Assembly: GCF_009914755.1 (NCBI RefSeq)
Contig: NC_060938.1
Strand: one strand, 5' to 3'
Length of the DNA stretch: 64,000 bases
Source: the human T2T-CHM13v2.0 reference genome, Homo sapiens
Position 1 is the stretch's first letter; each line of letters opens with the position of its first letter. Positions 1 through 14,278 of this stretch are shown in pieces. A model generated the notes under the pieces. It was not told the origin of the DNA. It was given only the letters and a program-made list of their open reading frames with translations, and did no database searches. Made by a program: the position numbers and the translations under genes.

Positions 1-221
1 AGACCCTTTTCATAACTCCCTCAAGTGTGTGTTACCTTTCTTTACCAGCATGGTAAGCAACAGGACATATCCCAGCCTCGGACATGTCTGTATGATCCAA
101 GGTACCCAAAGTCAGACAGAGTAAACTCAAGCCTGGCACTGGCTTTCTGCCGCTTCATGTGCTTTGGAAAAAGCAGGAGAAGCAATAGCAGCAGGAGTCC
201 CCAGCAGCTGGAGCCGCAAGA
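1..221 (+). other. RHOJ: 3' part of RHOJ exon 1 5' UTR (TSS probably upstream of window)
   Basis: Non-repetitive sequence directly upstream of the RHOJ ATG; contains upstream ATGs at 50, 84, 92 and 157. The TSS position cannot be determined from sequence. Confidence 0.7.
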
Positions 222-399
222 ATGAACTGCAAAGAGGGAACTGACAGCAGCTGCGGCTGCAGGGGCAACGACGAGAAGAAGATGTTGAAGTGTGTGGTGG
301 TGGGGGACGGTGCCGTGGGGAAAACCTGCCTGCTGATGAGCTACGCCAACGACGCCTTCCCAGAGGAATACGTGCCCACTGTGTTTGACCACTATGCAG
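222..399 (+). CDS. RHOJ: RHOJ/TCL Rho GTPase, first coding exon (codons 1-59 plus 1 nt)
   Basis: Translates [59 protein letters not shown]: P-loop GDGAVGKT, switch [10 protein letters not shown], and the N-terminal extension I recognise as RHOJ. Ends at canonical donor GCAG|GTAAGA (399/400), phase 1. Confidence 0.97.
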
Positions 400-2287
400 G
401 TAAGAAAAAGTGGGAAACTCTCTGCATCCAGACAAACGATGCAGGGGGCGAGACCCTAAGTTCAGAGGGGCCTGGCTCATTTCTAATGTCAGTATTGGGT
501 GCGGGCCTGGCAGTAACCAGGGAGCTTAGCGTAGCATACAACCCAGGACTTGACTGTTGGTAGAACAATTTGTGCATCAATGTGTATGGTAACACTTTTC
601 CCCCTTAAAACGAATGGTAACGCCAGGAAAATACTCTGACGTGCCCTCTAGATTTGGGGGCCAGAGCTTTTACTCAACATTTGCCTCAACATTCATTAAA
701 GTTTTACTGTGAACATTTTTAAATGCAGTGGAATTGCATCACAATTCTTTTCTGCCAAAAAAAAAGAATCACCACTAGACACACAAATGGTGAAAGGATT
801 GTTCTTGCCGCTCTTTGCGTATTCACCTCATGCCATTTATAAATGAAAATGCTAAGATTAATAAAACACTCATTTTTTCTATAACAATTGGTGCTATAAT
901 ACTATAGTTTTGTTTTCCTGAGGTTGTAGATTGGGGGAGAGTTTTTAAAAGGTTTTAAATATCTATTAGGCAATCTGTATCTTAAAAGAAAAATATTTAA
1001 TTAACATGTTTTTAAAAGGAAAAATACAAATAAAATCTGAATCACTTTAAAGTATGTCCTGAGAGGACAAAATGCACATAAAATATTTTAAAGCATGGCA
1101 GTTAAGACATTGTAGTCACAACTTACAGGGGACCTTTTGTTTTGCGAGTGTTCTAAAGTTTGTAGGTGTACTTGTCTGGGTGATAGCATTATCTAAATTC
1201 TTCCATTTTGATTCTTTCTTTTTCTGTTAATTTCCAAAACAAATTTTATTAAGTTTATCAAAAGCAAGTTAATGAAATTCTTCAAGCTTATGGTAGCCTA
1301 CATTTTATAACTTTTTTATCATAGTGATCTTTATCAGAGATCTGAGACCTTGTGAATGGAAAATTTCTCCTCCTTCATTTTGGCTTTGGGTCAGGTTCAA
1401 CAAAGGGGAAATGGCCCACAGGAAACCAGCATGAGTGTCTGCTTGGCAATGTGGCCATTTGAAATCCTCCTTCTATAGAAAGTAGCTTCTTTTCCAGAAC
1501 TAAGCCATCACCTAAGTCACTGCTTCCCCCTACACTTACATGATGTATGAAAATGTTACACAGCAGACAGGGAGAGAACCACAGTGAATACAGTATCCAT
1601 TTCCCAGCAGGTTTTTCTATATTTGTAGAAATTAAGAGCAAATTTTAATGCTGGCTCACTTAAGCCTTTCTGAAAATATAATGACTATGCCCAGAGAAGA
1701 ACATTTTAATGAGAACAGAATAAAGAGAAGAACAGGTTGACTTTCATCTTGAGAAAAAAACTAATTATAAAATTTGGGGGTCTGCGCCTTGAGAAAGTTC
1801 CTCAGATTCTTCTCCTGAAACCATCTTAGCAAAAGTTATTTACTCTACACCTTCTTTCTGCCAAGAAAGGGAAAGTGGCTACCTTATTTCAAAAACTTTT
1901 AAATCAAAGGTGGAACTGAAAACCTAAAGGGAGAGGCTTCAAATGCCTATGAAACTTATGTATCCAAATCCCCATGTATTCAGGAAGCCAGTTACAGTAT
2001 GGTATCAGGAAAAAAGAGAATCAAGTCAGCCTATAAAAAATCTACACTAGAAATCAAACAAAGGCTGAACCACAACTAGATTCCACTAGGCTCCAATAAT
2101 TTTATGTTTTAATAATGTACATACTTACTATTGTTGAGCATTAAAGCATCTTAAAGATTTCGGCTAGTCTATTATTTTAGCTCCCAAGAAATCACAGCCA
2201 CTATACTCAGAGCAATACTTTGCACATAGTAAGCATTCCTAAACATGGTTACTTTGATGTACACTTTGTACCTCTTTAAGTATATAA

Positions 2288-2681
<394 letters not shown>

Positions 2682-3039
2682 AGAAGTGGTCATTTCTATA
2701 AGCAGAGGGATCTTCTCCACCACAAAGACTTGAGTTCCTTTTACCACCACTCTCCTGGTATATGACCTGGTTGAACATAAATCCTTAGGCAGTCACGTGA
2801 GAATCTACAATCAATTGTAAAAAACTAAATGCCCTCTTCTCCATTTGGATCCAGTATCTAATTCCTGGGTCCTACTGGCCTACTTTAAAATGACAACCTG
2901 CAGTTGAGTGCTGAGACTTTAGAAGCTATAATTTAAGTCATAGAGAGCCTATCCATTGAAGACTTTTTACTAATAACTGCCCAACCCAGAAAAGTAGAGA
3001 TAAAATAGTAAGGATGGAAATACAACCTACTGTGCAAGA

Positions 3040-3260
3040 TGGTGATCTCTGAAGTCAGACAGCCCGGTTCTAATACTGGCTCTGTCATTTACTTTGTGGC
3101 CTTGAGCAAGTTACTTAACCTCTCTGTGCCTCAGTTATCACAAATGAGAAGCAGGGACAATTAAGGTATTAGAATTGTGTGTGAGAACAAAGTGATTAAC
3201 ATATGTAAAGTTCTTAGAACAGTGCCTCATGTGTGATAAGAGTTAGGTACATGGTAGCTA
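3040..3260 (+). mobile_element. MIR
   Basis: MIR core ccttgagcaagttacttaacctctctgtgcctcagtt; boundaries approximate. Confidence 0.75.
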
Positions 3261-3859
3261 TTAAGAATACAGTCTCGATACTTGCATACAGCCAGGAAAA
3301 GGAATGAAAATGTAATTAAAAGATAAAGACTACAAGAAGGAAAAATGTAATTACAAGAGTATCCTTTAGAAGAGTAAGGTAGGATGGAGTGTATGTATTT
3401 TCTTCATAAAATAGTTACCATGTTTACTGATAATTAACAATATGTTTATATGAGGTAATAGTAATGGGATATTAAATTGGGAGGGGAAATATCAGTTTTG
3501 CATGAGTAAAAACTACGCAAAATTATTTTGAATGAGTTTATTTTTGCAGGAAAAATCAACGACCAGCTACAAAAAACAATTTTTAAAGTTCTACGAATTC
3601 TGATGTATCCCTACCTCCTACCTACCAAAATCCAAAAGCACATCTGCTCCATGTAGCTTTCCTTGACTCCCCAAGAATAATTCCCTGTTCCATCTCCAAT
3701 CCAGTTTCACAAATTTGTTTACATCTCTAGGATCTTCCACTATTGTATAACAATTTATATGCTTCCTTATTTTCCCATCTCTGCTGTGCTGGGAACCCCT
3801 TAAGGGAAAGGAGCTGTGTCTTTCATGTCCTGTGAAATCCAACAGTCAATTCTAGGTCC

Positions 3860-5075
3860 TCCTCTTGATCTCTTGGAAGCTTTTTTTATGGTTCATTACC
3901 CTCCTTCCTAAAACATTTTCTTGGCTTGGTTTCTGGGATGCCACATTCTCCTGGTTTTGTTTCCACTCAACAGCAAATCTTTCTCCATCTCCAATGCCAC
4001 CTCCCCTCTGTCTTCCCAACCACCAAATGTTCGGAAACACTGAAACCTCAGTGTTCAGTCCCTGGGTCCTCTTCTTTATTTACACTTAGGGTATGCTTGA
4101 TTGTATCTAGTTTTGTAACTTTAAACATCATTCATATCCTGATAACGGCAAAACTTGTAGCTCCATCATCAAAACCCTCTGAGACTCAGATTCATATATC
4201 CGACTATTTGAATATCTAATAGGCATCTCATTCTTAACCTGTCCAAACTGAATTTTTTAACTTCCCCAAGCTACTCTTCCCCTAGGCTTCCCCATGTATG
4301 TACATGACCACTCTTTTCCACCCGGTTTCTGAAAACAAAAACTTTGGTATTGACTCCTTTCTTCCTTTGACAACATTCCCCTCCCTTTCCATTTAAACCA
4401 TTAGTTATCATCCCTTCCTCCTACCAATCAGCTCAACATTCAAAATACATCCCAAACCTGATCACTTATCACCGTCTTCATTGCCTTCATTCTTGTCCAA
4501 GCCACCATCATCTCTCATCCAAACTACTATAATCAATTCCCAATTCCCTACTTCCAATCTTGCCCCCTATCATCAATTCTCCACATAGCTGGCAGAGGGA
4601 CTGTCCCAAACCCCAACTTCTCCAATCACTTCCCTTAACACTCAGACCCAACCCTATATTATGTTGTATATGATACACTCCATGACTCAGTCCCTGTTAT
4701 CTCTCCAATCTCATCTCTTAACACTCTCCTCATCAGTGTTTTTGCTTTAGCCACACTCACCATCTTGTTATTCCTCAAGCACACCCAACTCCTTCCCTTG
4801 AAGAGTTTGTACTTGCTTTTTCCCCAGTCTCATACTATTCCGCTAGATCCCCCCAGCTTCAATTGACCACATTATTTAATGCATGTGTGCTTGCACACAC
4901 ACACACTCTCTTTCTCTCTTTAACCTATCTTGCCACATCTTTCATTATAATAGTTAATACTACCTGATATTATATATGTATTTGCTATCTCCAGCTTCAA
5001 AAAACAAAGTCCTGCATATTATAGACACTCAACAGACTCTCAACTCAGATTATTCTCAACTGAATAAATGAATTA
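3860..5075 (+). mobile_element. L2 3' fragments
   Basis: Pyrimidine-rich L2-like motifs (aggcatctca...tgtccaaactgaa; ccaagccaccatcatctctc) ending tgaataaatgaat; approximate. Confidence 0.6.
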
Positions 5076-5287
5076 CTATGTCTTTGCAATCTTAGTCCTT
5101 CCAACACTTAGATAGTTTCTGGTCCATTAAAACTTTGATGAATAAATGAACAAATTGCTTGTCCAATAGATATCTGTTTAGGAATGAACATACAAAAATG
5201 TTTATTATATTTATTATATTTCTGAACTATTTTATTCATATTTTAAATAATCATTTTATCCCCACTGTAACTGTAATATAGCATTGA

Positions 5288-5610
<323 letters not shown>

Positions 5611-6689
5611 AGCATTGAATTTTCTTGACCTAAGTGGCCAGTGTCACATCTACTGAATAGCTTAACTATATAATGTGTAAATATCACTTGGGATTCCTTC
5701 ATCTACATTATATTCAAAAGCTGACATACATTTTGGGTGCCTCACTCAAACTCCTCTAGTTCTAATATACAGAGCATATTTCAGAGTAACCCTAAGTTCG
5801 GCTGACGGCTAGGTCTAAAGGGTAGGAGCAGTGGGATGAAGGTGGGAAAAGTCACTCTTGTTTATTACAAGTGTGCCTAAGAAACAACCCTGGGCTCTGC
5901 TCCTTACTCCCTTCCAGGGATGACTCAACGCGTCCCAACAACCTTTAGAGCTTTCACAGCTTACCATGGAAGAATTGCATTTCTTCCCCCATCCTATCTT
6001 TAGTTTTGAGTTTTGTAGCAGACCCCTCACTGGTAAAATATTCTTACCGATTAATGTTTCACTTGACATATAGCATAAGGATAAGAGCTCCATTTTGAAT
6101 TTAGATTGTATGTTGAGTTAGATTGTGTACATGGTTTATATGTCGGGGTACATAGGTGTGTAAAATAAGCTCATTCCAGCTGAAACCTCTTTATGATGTT
6201 CACCATTTCCACCATCCTCTGTATTATTTTGTCTGTGAATCTTTCTTCTATCACTCACCCTCCTAGAGCTTCTTTGTTGAAAGCCATCAAATTTGGAAAA
6301 CCACATGAAGCCACTATTTGCAAACCCAGGCTGCCTATGCAGGAAATTAACACAATTCATGGAAAGAAGAGAAATCCAGTTACTCTATCAGCTGATTGAG
6401 ATGTAAAAGGAAGTTGTTTTTACAGAAAGCTGAAAGTCAGTTCTAACTTTTTCCACTTAGTTAAATGGTGATCAGCCCAAGGTAGACAGTCATAACCTTA
6501 ATGGCCAGAGCAGGGGGTGGGAAACAGGTCCAATCCACAGGGGGAAAAAAAAACATAATTATAATAAATAGTGAATAAAAATAAAGTCCCAGGTTTATAA
6601 AAGGTTGTGACGTAGTTCTGCTCATTTGGGAAAATTTATTCATAAGTTTCTCTTTTGCTCTTTCTGAAGACACCCGAGAGTCTCTCATA

Positions 6690-6822
6690 TCTGTAATCCC
6701 AGTGCTTTGGGAAGCCAACGCACAAGGATCCCTTGAGCCTAGAAGTTCAAAGTTATAATGAGCCATGATCATGCCACTGCACTCCAACCTGGGCAACAGA
6801 GCAAGACTTCATCTCTAAAAAA
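6690..6822 (+). mobile_element. Alu monomer (FLAM/FRAM-like)
   Basis: ctgtaatcccag...ccactgcactccaacctgggcaacagagcaagac plus A tail; single diverged arm. Confidence 0.8.
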
Positions 6823-6854
6823 GAATTATGGATACATTAATGGTTGTTCTTATT

Positions 6855-7090
6855 TACTTATAGAGTATATGTGATGTTTTGATATAGGCATATAATGGGT
6901 AATGATTAAATCTGGGTAAATGGTATATCCATAACCTCAAACATCCATCATTACTTTGTGTTGGGAACATTCTAAATCTACTCTTCTAGTTCTTTTGAAA
7001 TATACAATAAATTATTGTTAACTATAGTCACTCTGTTGTGCTACTGAATACTAGATTTTATTCCATCTAACTGTATTTTTGTACCTTGTA
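6855..7090 (-). mobile_element. Old L1 (L1MA-like) 3' end
   Basis: tttgaaatatacaataaattattgttaactatagtcac motif of antisense L1M 3' UTR. Confidence 0.7.
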
Positions 7091-7276
7091 CCAAAAAGCC
7101 AACCCTTCTTTATCATAAGGTGCTATCATTTTCTCAACTTTCCTGATGAACAATTCCCGGCACAAAGATACTACTCTATTTCCCTCAAGGCTAAACTGCT
7201 TGTAATGGGGTAAGTGAAGGCCATGGAATAGTAAACAATATGAGCAGTGTATAGCTAATAACAATAAAAGAGCCAC

Positions 7277-7700
7277 TGTTAGTTAGGACCTGCTATTAAC
7301 AAGTAAACCAAACATGTAAGGGATTAACTCAATGGCAAGGTATTCCTTGCTCATGTGATGCTCCTGAGCAGGTATTCAAGTCAGTAGGGCTGCTTTCTTC
7401 CATGTGGTCATTTAATGTCTCAGGCTTCTCACATCTGGTAACTCTGACATCCCCTAGGATTTCAGTTATCTGCATCCACACAGCTGAATGAGAAACAGCA
7501 TGGAGAAACTTGAATGGAAAGTTTTATGGGCCAGGCCTGGAAGTGACAAACATCATTTTCAATCACACTGCATAGGAGTTTATTTAGTCACAAGGCCATG
7601 CCTCACTGTAAAGGAGGCTGGAGGGAAAGCCCCCCTCTGTGCCCAAAAGAGGGAAGAATGGATTTTGATGGAAGCTAGCAATCTCTGCCTGCATCAGACT
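7277..7700. mobile_element. Degenerate MaLR LTR (MLT1-like)
   Basis: ggccaggcctggaagtgac...tagtcacaaggcc MLT1-like motifs; similar pieces near 8400-8480 and 9030-9370. Confidence 0.45.
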
Positions 7701-8489
7701 CTGTGGCCACCAAATATCCTTGCACATTTTTTCCCACATGTAAAAAAAACTCACTCTTTTCCCCAGAAGGACCACCTAGAGTTGCATTCTGGCACTGCAA
7801 CTGTGTCAAAGACCAGCATCTGTTAAGTGATGCATGATTCTGTTCATTTGATCTAAACGTGATTCCTTGTGATCCAATAAAAGACAAATTATCTACCCAT
7901 ATACACAATTTGCCCCGTGCGGTGGTGGGACAGGAATGGGATAATCAAAACATTCAAACTCCCTTTCAGAAAGGGAAGAATGGGAGACACATTGCAATAA
8001 TAGAATTCTGATGACAATCCTGATAGTATCATCTATTAATGGAATCCAGAAACAATCATTTTCTAACTCTTTGAACCCATGAAAATCTGTGTTCTATCAA
8101 TCTCAGCTTTAAAAACAACCAATTCATCTCTTCCCTTTCTTATAACACCTTGCTAAATATGTAAAATAACAATTAATACATACTAACATTCTGTCATTTT
8201 CCGGTCTCTTCATAGAGTGCTATGGACTCAGTGGGAAGTAGCTTTACCTTCCAGGTTTCACAAACAATAGTTTTACAAAATGTTTTGCCACAGTATAACA
8301 CAGATCATCTTTCCAACCTGCTCTGTTTTGTCACCATCTGCCACCTAACAGCTAAGCCAACAGCACATGTATTTTTAGGTTTTTGTAATGATGGCACCAT
8401 ACTACTAGGTAAGCTAAGATGCTGTAACAGATAGGCTAAAATATATAAGGGTTCAAACTATTAGAATCCTATTTTCTTACATAATTGCA

Positions 8490-9025
8490 ACATGTATTTT
8501 AGATTTAGAGGGTACATGTGCAGGTTTGTTATCTGGGTATATTGCATGATGCTGACATTTAGGATATGAATGATCTTGTCACCCAGGTGGTGAGTACAAT
8601 ACCCAATAGTTAGTTTTTTGACCCTTGCCCTCTTCCTTCCCTTCCCAACTAGTGGTCCTCAGTATCTATTGTTGCCATCTTCCTGTCCATGTGTACCCAG
8701 TGTCTACCTCCCACTTATAAGTGAGAACTAACGTAGTATTTGGTTTTCTGTTTCTATGTTACTTTGCTTAGGATAATGGCCTCCAGCTGCATCCATGTTG
8801 CTGCAAAAGACATGATTTCATTCTTTTTAATGGCTACATAGGATTCTGTGTTGTATATGTACCACATTTTCTTTATCCAATCCACCATTGATGGGCACCT
8901 ATGTTGATTCCATGTCTTTGCCATTGTGAATAATACTGCAATGAACATGTAAGTTCATGTGTCTTTTTGGCATAATGATATATTTTCTTTTGGATATATA
9001 CCCAGTAATAGGATTGCTGGGTAGA
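8490..9025 (-). mobile_element. 5'-truncated older L1PA/L1PB
   Basis: Antisense L1 3' UTR and ORF2 C-terminus (minus-strand ORF ...WIKKMWYIY...MSFAATWMQLEAIILS). Confidence 0.88.
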
Positions 9026-9480
9026 ATCCTGCTTTTGGTCATATAAGAGACCTTGGCAGGTCTTCAGGTTGGTGAGATAGTTCTGTTCCATGTAGTCATT
9101 CAGGGATCTACTTTTTTCCATCTTGGTACCCTGCCATCATCTAGGGCTTTGTGGTGCTCTGTATCTAGACACTAGAAGATGAAAGACTATGGAGGAGTAA
9201 GGGTAGGGAGTGGTGGTATGGGCCAGGCTGACAGGTGGCATGCATCACTTCTGTTCACATTTCACTGGAGAGAACTTAAACTGTAGGCCACACATTATCA
9301 CAAGGAAGGCCAGCGATGTGCCCAAAGAAGGGACAAACAGACTTTAATAGACACTTAGTCATCTTCACCACAGTCATTAAGTTGAAATTGCTTATACCAA
9401 ATACAATACGCACAGATAAACATATCAACTGCCTTAGCACCATGTTTAACTCCCTATTTATTCCACTACATATGACATAC

Positions 9481-9649
9481 CTATATTTCCCAGACTTGCC
9501 TGGCCATAAGAAAAGCTTACTTGTTAAAAATGCAGATTCTTGGGTCCATGTAAGGGCTTCTACACCAGACCCATTTAGAGACAGAGCTGTGAATATGAAT
9601 GTCAATAAGCTTCATAGAAATTTCTAATTAGGTAGAACTTGTGACACTG
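9481..9649. mobile_element. Degenerate MER5-like hAT-Charlie element (probable donor of copy at 13566-13727)
   Basis: cttgttaaaaatgcagattcttggg core; degraded TIR-like ends. Confidence 0.55.
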
Positions 9650-10849
9650 CTGTTTTAGAGTTCAAACCCATTTAGATATCACAAATGTATATAGTTTCAG
9701 CTAATGTGACTTAGTAGGTTCAGAAAACCCTTCTTTATGCTGTAATGGTGCCTATGAATCAAGCCAAAAGGAGCAATTCTATAGTCAACCATCCATCAGT
9801 AAAAAGCAATTTAAAAACAGATATGCATGTAAAATTTCTTGACTTGGGAGTTTCCAGCAGATCGTATCAAACAGAAAAGGCCTTTAGTGCCTCTTGGAAA
9901 CGGCTAGCAAACTCCTAAGTGAGGAAACAGAGTGTTCTCAAAAAAGATCTGTACTTGCGGTGGGGGCATAGAGAGCTCCTGGAAGAAGGAGAATACAGAA
10001 GGCTAAGAACAGAAAGAATTGGGAGAGGGCTGGTGCAGGGTGGGAGGAGAAGCCTCAGGGAGTCAGACTAGAGGCAAGTGGGAATTCTGATGCGTAGCAG
10101 TAAGGAGACTAACCTTACTTACCCAAGGGCAGCCATGGGTAGCCAAGTACCAGCTGCTGGGGGAAAAGCCTTGAGCTTGGGCATAATCTGCAAAGCTACA
10201 TATGGGTGAATCACTCCGCAAATGAAAAAAATAATCAACATGACTCTAAGACCTTCAGAGGGGTCACTGAGGGAAATTAGAGAGCACCTGCCCTCATGGG
10301 AAGAAACAAAGGAATCTTAAAAAAACAGGAAAGAGCCTGGGATCTTTGGGGTGGTTTTGATGCAGTTGTGTTTTGGAAGCTATGATTTGTTGTTCCACAT
10401 TCATCCAGCCTTGTGATTATGAAATGAACAGTAAACATCTGTTTCCCCTCTGCAAATCCTTCTGTTCTTCTTCATGCTTTGACCTAACATTTGGGGAAAA
10501 GGAAAGAAAACAAAAACAGAAAACCTCTTACAGTACAAGTTCTCTGAGTCCAAAAAGACCTCTACTTAGGTCTTCCTGAAAGAAAGATGCATAAATCTGG
10601 GGAGAGACAGATCTTTTGTAACCAGAACTCAGCCACCCTTATCTGGACAGCCAGTTTACAATCACTCTTACTAAACGGGTACCAAGCCTTCCTTTAGTCT
10701 CTCCAGCTGTTTTAATACAAACTGGTAAATCAACTGAATCCAGATTGCCAACAAGAGAAAAACAACACTCTGCATGGCCTGAGCAGAATGCACCACAGTG
10801 AACAAAATGATTCCTGATCTTTTTGCAGCAAGTTACTTAATTAGCTAAC

Positions 10850-11050
10850 ATTAAGTAGCTGAGTATTTACTGTGTGTCCAGCCCTGTGTTGCCTTTGTTA
10901 TCTTGCTTGAGCTTCACATTTTCTCTAGGTAGTAAGTATCCTCATTCCACAGACAAGAAAACTGAAGCTCAGAGAAGTGACATGTCCAACATCACTCAGC
11001 AAAGAAATGGCAGAATTGGGATTCAAATCTATCAGCTCCACAAAGGGGGC
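10850..11050 (-). mobile_element. MIR
   Basis: acagacaagaaaactgaagctcagagaag...gcagaattgggattcaaat. Confidence 0.65.
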
Positions 11051-11089
11051 CCACTCTGATTAAGTTGGTCCCCCTTTCAAAACTTATTT

Positions 11090-11275
11090 ACCTTCTCTGT
11101 CATTATAATTTTCTTTGTTTATTTAATTTTCCATGGCTTGTCTCCCCCTAGAATATATAATTCCTGAAGGCAGGGCCCTTTCTGTCTTGTTTACTTTTAT
11201 GTCCTCCATACCTGGGAATGAGCCTACAACATAATAGCCACCCGGAACTGTTTGTTGAATGAATGAATGAATGAC
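11090..11275 (+). mobile_element. L2 3' end
   Basis: ttcctgaaggcaggg...tgttgaatgaatgaatgaatga terminus. Confidence 0.65.
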
Positions 11276-12424
11276 ATCCAAGAGTCTCAGTCTTAACCAG
11301 TGCACTACACTGAAGTTAGCATCCTATGTGGACGCTCAGGATAATTTTCTATGTTGAAATTATTTTATCCTCCCACATGCTGAAAGGATATATTGTAAGC
11401 ACCATGAGCATACATTAAAATAGATTATATTGACCTTATTTAAAACTTGTAAAAAAATTGTTTTCTCTGGAAAAGAAAACACCAAAAGGTTTTGCTTCCA
11501 GTCAAATTTTAAGCTTATGAGTTCTGAGTGATTTAGCTAGGCATAAAGTTGTTTTCCTAATTATATTGAGGATTTCTGTTCTACCTCTGTTATATTCTGA
11601 TGCTATATCCTAGAGGCAAAGGGAAAAACTTAATTACTTGAAGTATGTGCTGCATACATTTTTTCAAATAATGAGATTAATTAAGAGGAAAAATAATCAG
11701 CAAGTAGTCTCCTTAATATATGCCAGGTACAAACCTCCTAAGAATTATGAAGAATGTTCATAAAATGTAACTGTTCATCTCTTAGAAAGTACACCAATTT
11801 TCAACTGGTATGCTTGCAAGAGATGCAATGACTATGTTCACATTCATTAATAATGGGGCCCTTTATACTTGTCAAAGTAAGAATTATTAGGAGGAAAACA
11901 AGGCTATGCTCTCTCTCCTCAGGAGTCCTCCTCTCTGCTCATATTGAATTAGCTTGCACTGGAAGCACTAAATGCTTTTTTTTCTAAACTAAAATGAATT
12001 TCAAATGACATTTGCAATAATTCAAGCTGGTAAATAAGAGCCTTAAGAGTTTTCCATAGTAAACACACTTTTAACCAAACTTTTCCAAAGAGACAAAGAG
12101 TTGATGCTACATCTTCAGTGTCAATATTAGGCATAAACTTTGCTGTAAAGATCCTACTCTATTCATTTCATTCATTTAGCCTCTTAATAAGTCTCCATAT
12201 CATGTTCTTTCTTTTGGATAAACTAAATCTGTCAGGCTGGTTAGAGCCATTTTCTTTCCCTCAAGCTGAGCAAAGATGAAGAACACCTCATTATTATCCT
12301 CAGAATAATTACTCTTCATGTATTTCAAGACCTAGAAAATTCTCATCCCTGTCATCCTCAGATGATACACCCAGATCCTTCTCACTCCCCCATAGCTACT
12401 TGACCTATTCTTTCCCGCTTTTTT

Positions 12425-13130
<706 letters not shown>

Positions 13131-13565
13131 TAATGGACAGCTTTTCATGTATTCACTGCAAGTCAATCACAAATGACTTGCATTTCAAATCTACAGCAAG
13201 CACACAGTCACTCTTGCACTTTTTGGTGGGAATAGATATCTTGTCGACACGATTACTTGCAGGCCTAACAGGATGTAAACTCTAAATATTCTTTTAGATT
13301 ACCTCTTTTTCTTTTTTCCCCTTTTTCTTTTTTCCCCTGGGTATGCAAGTTAATTTAGATCAAACTAATTAAATGTAGACAACTGAAGTCACCAATATGA
13401 GAGTACTACATTTCTCTTCTGGCATTTTAATAAATCTCCATTCAATTATCCCAGGTTTATCTACATTATAATATCATGTTAAGGCTTTCAAAAGACAGGA
13501 TTTCTTTAGATCTAAGAATTAATATCATTGTGGGATCTTCATATAAGTTCAAGAGACCACATGGC

Positions 13566-13727
13566 ACCTAATTAGAAATGCCTATGAAGCTTATTGACAT
13601 TCATATTCACAGCTCTGTCTCTAAATGGGTCTGGTTTAGAAGCCCTTTTATGGACCCAAAAATCTGCATTTTTAACAAGTAAGCTTTTCTTATGACCAGG
13701 CAAGTTTGGGAAATATAAGTATGTCAT
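13566..13727 (-). repeat. Inverted local copy of 9472-9633
   Basis: 162 bp, 9 mismatches by hand count, no indels; flanked by CATGGCAC direct repeats. Confidence 0.92.
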
Positions 13728-14219
13728 GGCACTTGAAGAGCATACTTAATCTTGGCTCAACAGTTTTTGGTATTAAAGGATGCATTTTCGTCCCTGTGAT
13801 TACCATAGATCACTGTGTTTTATAGTAATGAATATGGTATCATTTTAATAGATAGTCTAGTTTTACTAAGATTTAGTATGCAGTATATTCCACCTCATCT
13901 TAAGTTATTCTTTTGCTTCATTCCCGTCCTATCAGTTAACACATTAAAAGCTTCTTAAGGGTAGTGCACATCAGCCAAACATCCTATTTAGCAACCTCAC
14001 CAACTGCTACAGATCCAATTCCAGTTTCACAAAAGATACTCTATACCAGGGTAATCTAGAACTCAGCAGATTTTCTGGACACAGGAAGAAATCTTAGGCT
14101 CTAAGCTGTAAACAATCCCTGAGACAACTACAGTTGACCACAAGTTATCTTGGAGCCTACTACTTCATCAACTAGCCTTAAGTATAGTCGTATACACAGC
14201 AGAAGAAATGGCTTTGTGT

Positions 14220-14278
14220 CATCATAAAAGTTTTTATATGTAGTTCCTCAAGTAATTTCCAAGACTCTAACTGATGTC
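14220..14278 (+). repeat. 59-bp direct doublet, partner at 16029-16087
   Basis: catcataaaagtttttatatg(ta/cg)gttcctcaagtaatttccaagactctaactgatgtc; 57/59 identical. Confidence 0.92.

Noticed and set aside
42-595. Minus-strand ORFs (116, 117 and 67 aa) opposite exon 1
   Set aside because: Antisense shadows of GC-rich coding sequence; no recognisable domain.
8400-8415. CTAG|GTAAGC as a recursive splice site
   Set aside because: No upstream polypyrimidine tract and lies in LTR-like sequence.
13560-13732. Recent hAT transposition suggested by the 8-bp direct repeat
   Set aside because: The insert does not end in paired TIRs and includes donor flank; templated repair explains it better.
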